In this document: one piece after another, positions 57,852-61,124 of the stretch
Numbering within the stretch: the stretch's first letter is position 1
Layout of the letters: each line of letters begins with the position of its first letter
DNA from: Bacillota bacterium
GTDB taxonomy: Bacteria > Bacillota > Sulfobacillia > JAJYWN01 > JAJZPE01
DNA: 61,124 nt
Assembly (NCBI GenBank): GCA_036504675.1
Contig: DASXUT010000144.1
Coordinates: 1-61,124, forward strand
Reading direction: 5' to 3'
The notes under the pieces: model-generated
Databases searched by the model: none
What the model was told of the DNA's origin: nothing
What the model saw: only the letters and a program-made list of their open reading frames with translations
Made by a program: the position numbers and the translations under genes

Positions 57852-58269
57852 TCTCCGGACTCCCTTCAACGATCAGCGACGCCTCCTCCACCCGGCCGTC
57901 GACGATGTGGAAGGCCCTGACCGCCGGCTCCCCTCGGAGGGAGACGATCACCTGAAAGGCCTCCGGGTAGTAAGCCAGCCGGACATCCTTCGGCGAGGGT
58001 CTGGCGTCGCTGGTCGGGTGGGAGTGGTAGATGGCGGTCAGCTCCAGGCCGTCCCGCTCCATCTCCTGCATCACTCGGAACTGGTCCTCCGGGTCGACTC
58101 GGTAGTCGAAGGGGCTTCCCTCGACGTTCCTCACCTTGCAGACCCGGGTGACCCGGCCGCCGAGACCGACCAGGAGCCCGCAGGCCTCGTTCGGCCGCTC
58201 GTCCAGGCAGTGGACGATGATCTCACGCATTTGTCCCGCCGACAGGCGGAGCGCCGCAGAATGCTTCAT
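57838..58269 (-). CDS. JAMM/MPN+ metalloprotease (Mec+/HcyD/QbsD-like)
   Basis: The E-x-CG ... HSHPTSDARPSPKD motif is a complete JAMM motif (E, HxH, S, D). Confidence 0.85.
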   Translation of the reverse strand: MKHSAALRLSAGQMREIIVHCLDERPNEACGLLVGLGGRVTRVCKVRNVEGSPFDYRVDPEDQFRVMQEMERDGLELTAIYHSHPTSDARPSPKDVRLAYYPEAFQVIVSLRGEPAVRAFHIVDGRVEEASLIVEGSPENGPR

Positions 58270-59140
58270 AATCGATCAATCCCTTGATGGTCGGGTGGTC
58301 TCCGCAGACCGCGCAACCGAGGTCGCTCCGCAGCCGGACTTCGTCGAACCGCATTGACAGGCCGTCGAAGAGGAGCAGGCGGCCGGCCAGGGTCTGTCCG
58401 GCTCCCGTCAGGAGCTTGAGCGTCTCCAGCGCCTGGATGGTGCCGATGATCCCGGGCACGGGTCCGAGGACGCCGGCTTCCTGGCAGCTGGGGACCGTGC
58501 CGGGAGCCGGTGGGGACGGATAAAGGCAACGGTAGCAGGGGCCCGCCCCCGGGATGAAGGTGCTGGCCTGCCCCTCGAAACGGAGGACACTGCCGTGGAC
58601 GAAGGGCCGCTTGGTCAACACGCAGGCGTCGTTGATCAGGTATCGGGTGGTGAAATTGTCGGTAGCGTCGACGATGACATCGTACCCGGCGAACAGCTCG
58701 AGGGCGTTGGCGCTCGTCAGACGGCCGTCGTGGGCGACCACCTCGATGTCCGGGTTCAGCCGGTCGAGCTTCTCTTTGGCCGACTCGACCTTCAATCGCC
58801 CGACGTCAGGCGTGTGGTGGATGATCTGCCGCCCAAGGTTGGAGAGGTCGACCGTGTCGCCGTCGATGATCCCGAGGCGGCCGACCCCGGCCGCGGCCAG
58901 GTAGCAGGCGGCCGGTGAGCCGAGCCCGCCGGTGCCGACGATCAGGACCCGACCGGCGGCGATCTTCCGCTGGCCGGCCGGACCGATCTCAGGCAGCAGC
59001 ATGTGCCGCGAATAGCGCTTGATCTGATCGGAGCTGAGACCGCCCCGACCTGGAGAACGTGTTCCTTGCTCTCCCATTGGTGGCCCTCCCTCCTTGGGCT
59101 TTTCCGCCTCAATCCTAACCGTCCGCGAACGGGCTGTCAA
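58223..59140 (-). CDS. ThiF/MoeB-type E1-like adenylyltransferase, no rhodanese domain
   Basis: YSRHMLLPEIG..GQ.K.....VLIVGTGGLGSP, two CxxC pairs (CYRC, CAVC) and SCQEAGVLG. TTG start overlapping the carrier stop; the ATG at 59077 is the alternative. Confidence 0.88.
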   Translation of the reverse strand: MTARSRTVRIEAEKPKEGGPPMGEQGTRSPGRGGLSSDQIKRYSRHMLLPEIGPAGQRKIAAGRVLIVGTGGLGSPAACYLAAAGVGRLGIIDGDTVDLSNLGRQIIHHTPDVGRLKVESAKEKLDRLNPDIEVVAHDGRLTSANALELFAGYDVIVDATDNFTTRYLINDACVLTKRPFVHGSVLRFEGQASTFIPGAGPCYRCLYPSPPAPGTVPSCQEAGVLGPVPGIIGTIQALETLKLLTGAGQTLAGRLLLFDGLSMRFDEVRLRSDLGCAVCGDHPTIKGLIDYEAFCGAPPVGGTNA

Positions 59141-59439
59141 CCGAACCGCGGCCGGGGAGCCCCGCCGGCGATGGCCGGGATGATCGAGACCTCATCGCCG
59201 TCCTTCAGCAGGGTGGTGAGACCGTCGGCGAAACGGACATCCTCCTGGTTGACGTAGATGTTGATGAACCGACGGATGTTCCCGCCCTCGTCGAGGAGCT
59301 TCCCGGCAAAGCCGGGGTAGTCCTGGTCGAGCTGGCGGATGAGTCCGCCGACGGTCCCGGCCTCCACCGAAAGCTCGGCCGAGTTCCCGGCCATCCGGCG
59401 CAGCGGGGTCGGGATTCGTACTTTGCAGCTCAAGGTCAA
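59137..59439 (-). CDS. CysO/MoaD/ThiS-family ubiquitin-fold sulfur carrier with a 7-residue extension after the Gly-Gly
   Basis: KVRIPTPLR.....FINIYVNQEDVRFADGLTTLLKDGDEVSIIPAIAGG is collinear with M. tuberculosis CysO as I recall it. The protein ends ...AGG-APRPRFG. A TTGA overlap links it to the ThrC-like gene. Confidence 0.85.
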   Translation of the reverse strand: MTLSCKVRIPTPLRRMAGNSAELSVEAGTVGGLIRQLDQDYPGFAGKLLDEGGNIRRFINIYVNQEDVRFADGLTTLLKDGDEVSIIPAIAGGAPRPRFG

Positions 59440-60674
59440 GCCCCCTCCTTTTGGCGCAGGGTCTTCTCGAACTCCTCGAAGCGCGGCTCAATGGCCCCGG
59501 GAGCGCCGGCCAGGCAGCCGTCGATGGCCTCCACCGTCTTCAGACCGTTGCCGGTGATGTAGGCCACGGTCACTCCCTCCACGTCCAGCCGCCCTTGCTC
59601 GGCCAGTTTCCGCAGGACGGCCACGGTCACTCCGCCGGCCGTCTCGGTGAAGACCCCCTCGGTCCGAGCCAGGAGCCGCATGCCGTCGACAATCTGGTCG
59701 TCGCTCACGTCGTCGATGTACCCGCCGGTCCTTCTCACCGTGCGCAGGGCGTACTCGCCGTCGGCCGGACTGCCGATGGCCAGGGACTTGGCGATGGTCG
59801 CCGGCTTGACCGGACTGACCACCTCGGCCCCGGCCTTGAAGGCCCGGGCCACCGGGGCGCACCCGGTCGCCTGGGCGCCATAGACCCTCGGTTCCTTCCC
59901 CTCGACCAGCCCCAGCTTGAGGAGTTCACGGAAGCCCTTGTTGATCTTGGTCAGGACCGAACCGCCGGCGATCGGCGAGACGACCTGATCCGGGATCTTC
60001 CAGCCGAGTTGCTCGGCGGTCTCGTAGGCCAGGGTCTTCGAGCCTTCGGAGTAGAAGGCCCGGAGGTTGATGTTGACGAAGGCCCACCCGTAGCGGTCGG
60101 CGACTTCGCTGGCCAACCGGTTGACTTCATCGTAGTTGCCCCTGACCGTGACCAGGTTGGGCTGGTAGATCAAGGTCCCCAGGACCTTCCCCACCTCGAG
60201 CCCAGCCGGGATGAAGACATAGCACTTCAAACCGGCCCGCGCGGCGTGGGCGGCGACCGAATTGGCCAGGTTGCCCGTGGAGGCGCAGGCGACGGTGTCG
60301 AAACCGAACTCGATGGCCTTGGAGACGGCCACGCTGACGACCCGGTCCTTGAAGGAGTAGGTCGGGTTGACCGAGTCATTCTTCAGGTAGAGGTTCCTCA
60401 GACCGAGTTCCCGCCCGAGGTTCTCGGCCCTCAGCAGCGGGGTGAAGCCGGTCCCCAGGTCGATCACCCGCTGGCCGTCAACGGGCAGGAGTGACCGGTA
60501 CCGCCACATCGACGGCGGCCCGCTCTCGATGGAGAAGCGACTGACGGCCGCCCTCAGGGCGTCATAATCGTAGTCGACCTCGAGCGGTCCAAAACACTCG
60601 GAGCAAATGCTGATCGGGCCGACCGGGTAGGTCTGGCCGCATTCGCGGCACCTCAGCCCTTTGACGTAAGACAC
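59436..60674 (-). CDS. Threonine-synthase-family PLP enzyme with an N-terminal zinc ribbon (candidate homocysteine synthase)
   Basis: LRCRECGQTYP....CSECFGPLEV and NPTYSFKDR (PLP lysine). Collinear with the short archaeal-type ThrC. Start moved from 60815 to the GTG at 60674, which has an aaggggggg SD, because 60690-60910 is a riboswitch plus terminator. Confidence 0.85.
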   Translation of the reverse strand: MSYVKGLRCRECGQTYPVGPISICSECFGPLEVDYDYDALRAAVSRFSIESGPPSMWRYRSLLPVDGQRVIDLGTGFTPLLRAENLGRELGLRNLYLKNDSVNPTYSFKDRVVSVAVSKAIEFGFDTVACASTGNLANSVAAHAARAGLKCYVFIPAGLEVGKVLGTLIYQPNLVTVRGNYDEVNRLASEVADRYGWAFVNINLRAFYSEGSKTLAYETAEQLGWKIPDQVVSPIAGGSVLTKINKGFRELLKLGLVEGKEPRVYGAQATGCAPVARAFKAGAEVVSPVKPATIAKSLAIGSPADGEYALRTVRRTGGYIDDVSDDQIVDGMRLLARTEGVFTETAGGVTVAVLRKLAEQGRLDVEGVTVAYITGNGLKTVEAIDGCLAGAPGAIEPRFEEFEKTLRQKEGA

Positions 60675-60689
60675 GCCGAACCCCCCCTT

Positions 60690-60725
60690 AGAAAAATCAA
60701 AGACCTCTTCCGGACGGAAGAGGTC
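60690..60725 (-). terminator. Expression-platform terminator of the SAM-I riboswitch
   Basis: gaccucuuccg / cggaagagguc stem (60702-60725) followed by uuugauuuuu. It lies immediately upstream of the SD and GTG. Confidence 0.8.
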
Positions 60726-60764
60726 GAAATGACCAAAGCCACGAAGGGCGCGGTCGGATCGCCT

Positions 60765-60910
60765 CCTCTCATCTTTCAGGACGCCGCCACTAGGCGTTCC
60801 TGTCGGAGTTGGCACCTTTTCCCCGCCGCCCGGCCTGATGGAAGCCGGGGGCTGCGGACGGTTGCCGAGGCTTCATCGGGCCGTTCCCTTCGCCTCTCTG
60901 GATAAGGGAG
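60765..60910 (-). promoter_or_regulatory. SAM-I (S-box) riboswitch aptamer
   Basis: The minus-strand RNA reads CUUAUCCAGAGAGGCGAAGGGAACGGCCCGAUGAAGCCUCGGCAACC...GGUGCCAACUCCGACAGG...CUGAAAGAUGAG. This reproduces the S-box consensus CUUAUCAAGAGAGGUGGAGGGACUGGCCCGAUGAAACCCGGCAACC..GGUGCUAAUUCC.GCAG..CUG..AGAUAAG. Confidence 0.9.
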
Positions 60911-60939
60911 CAATTGCTGCTATTTGGTTGTTGGAACCT

Positions 60940-60968
60940 ATATTAGCACCCCCAGGGGGTATCGTCAA
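60940..60968 (-). promoter_or_regulatory. Sigma-A promoter of the riboswitch operon (TTGACG-17-TAATAT)
   Basis: Minus strand ttgacg (60968-60963), 17 nt spacer, taatat (60945-60940). It lies about 25 nt upstream of the aptamer P1. Confidence 0.6.
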
Positions 60969-61039
60969 GAGTCAAGTTTGGTTCGGTGTTGTTGGACTGT
61001 GATATTGTCACCCTTAAGTGGGACTGAGAGAATGTCACC

Positions 61040-61124
61040 ATGAGAGGGGACATTTTTTCTTTGAGCGACAAGGAAGTGATCCGGCTTTACGAGATAAGGC
61101 AGGCGGTTGAGGGCCTCAAGACGG
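61040..61124 (+). mobile_element. 5' end of a transposase-like gene (N-terminal HTH of the IS481/ISNCY-like type), truncated by the window edge
   Basis: The ATG at 61040 translates to MRGDIFSLSDKEVIRLYEIRQAVEGLKT. This resembles the MSQKE..RL.VI..V.EG..T N-termini of such transposases. Local GC drops from about 60960 onward. Confidence 0.4.

Noticed and set aside
60675-60815. An N-terminal 47 residues of the ThrC-like ORF as given in the track.
   Set aside because: This segment is the 3' half of the SAM-I aptamer plus its terminator. A well-placed SD and GTG follow at 60674.

Overview
This is a 61 kb, roughly two-thirds G+C window from an endospore-forming Bacillota-type genome. Almost every gene is on the minus strand. 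All calls come from reading the ORF track and the sequence by eye; no database or covariance-model search was run.

Gene content, from high to low coordinates:
- 55.8-61.0 kb: a SAM-I-riboswitch-controlled operon with a ThrC-like PLP enzyme, a CysO/MoaD-like sulfur carrier, a ThiF/MoeB-type E1, a JAMM protease, a TusA-like protein, a LarE-like protein and NadE.
- 44.4-55.8 kb: yebC, a bofC-like gene, ruvCAB, queH, sigI-rsgI, spoIID, queA, tgt and yajC.
- 34.9-44.2 kb: a contiguous korDABC, gdh and methylmalonyl-CoA mutase/epimerase/carboxyltransferase/BCCP block.
- 30.0-34.8 kb: a GH18-like protein, a c-di-AMP riboswitch plus cell-wall amidase, and ASCH, MTHFS and CYTH proteins.
- 26.3-29.9 kb: a peptide/nickel-type ABC importer behind an unclassified terminator-containing leader.
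- 4.8-25.8 kb: a complete dcw and sporulation cluster (mraZ rsmH ftsL spoVD murE murF mraY ftsW murG murC murA divIB DUF881 sbp ftsZ spoIIGA sigE sigG spoIIR ylmC). It lacks murD, murB and ftsA.
- 3.7-4.8 kb: a low-GC plus-strand antitoxin/Doc island.
- 1-3.7 kb: nrdR-nrdJ and the start of pgeF.

The most interesting candidate is the riboswitch-controlled sulfur-carrier operon. I read it as a protein-thiocarboxylate route to homocysteine/methionine that uses a threonine-synthase-family enzyme.
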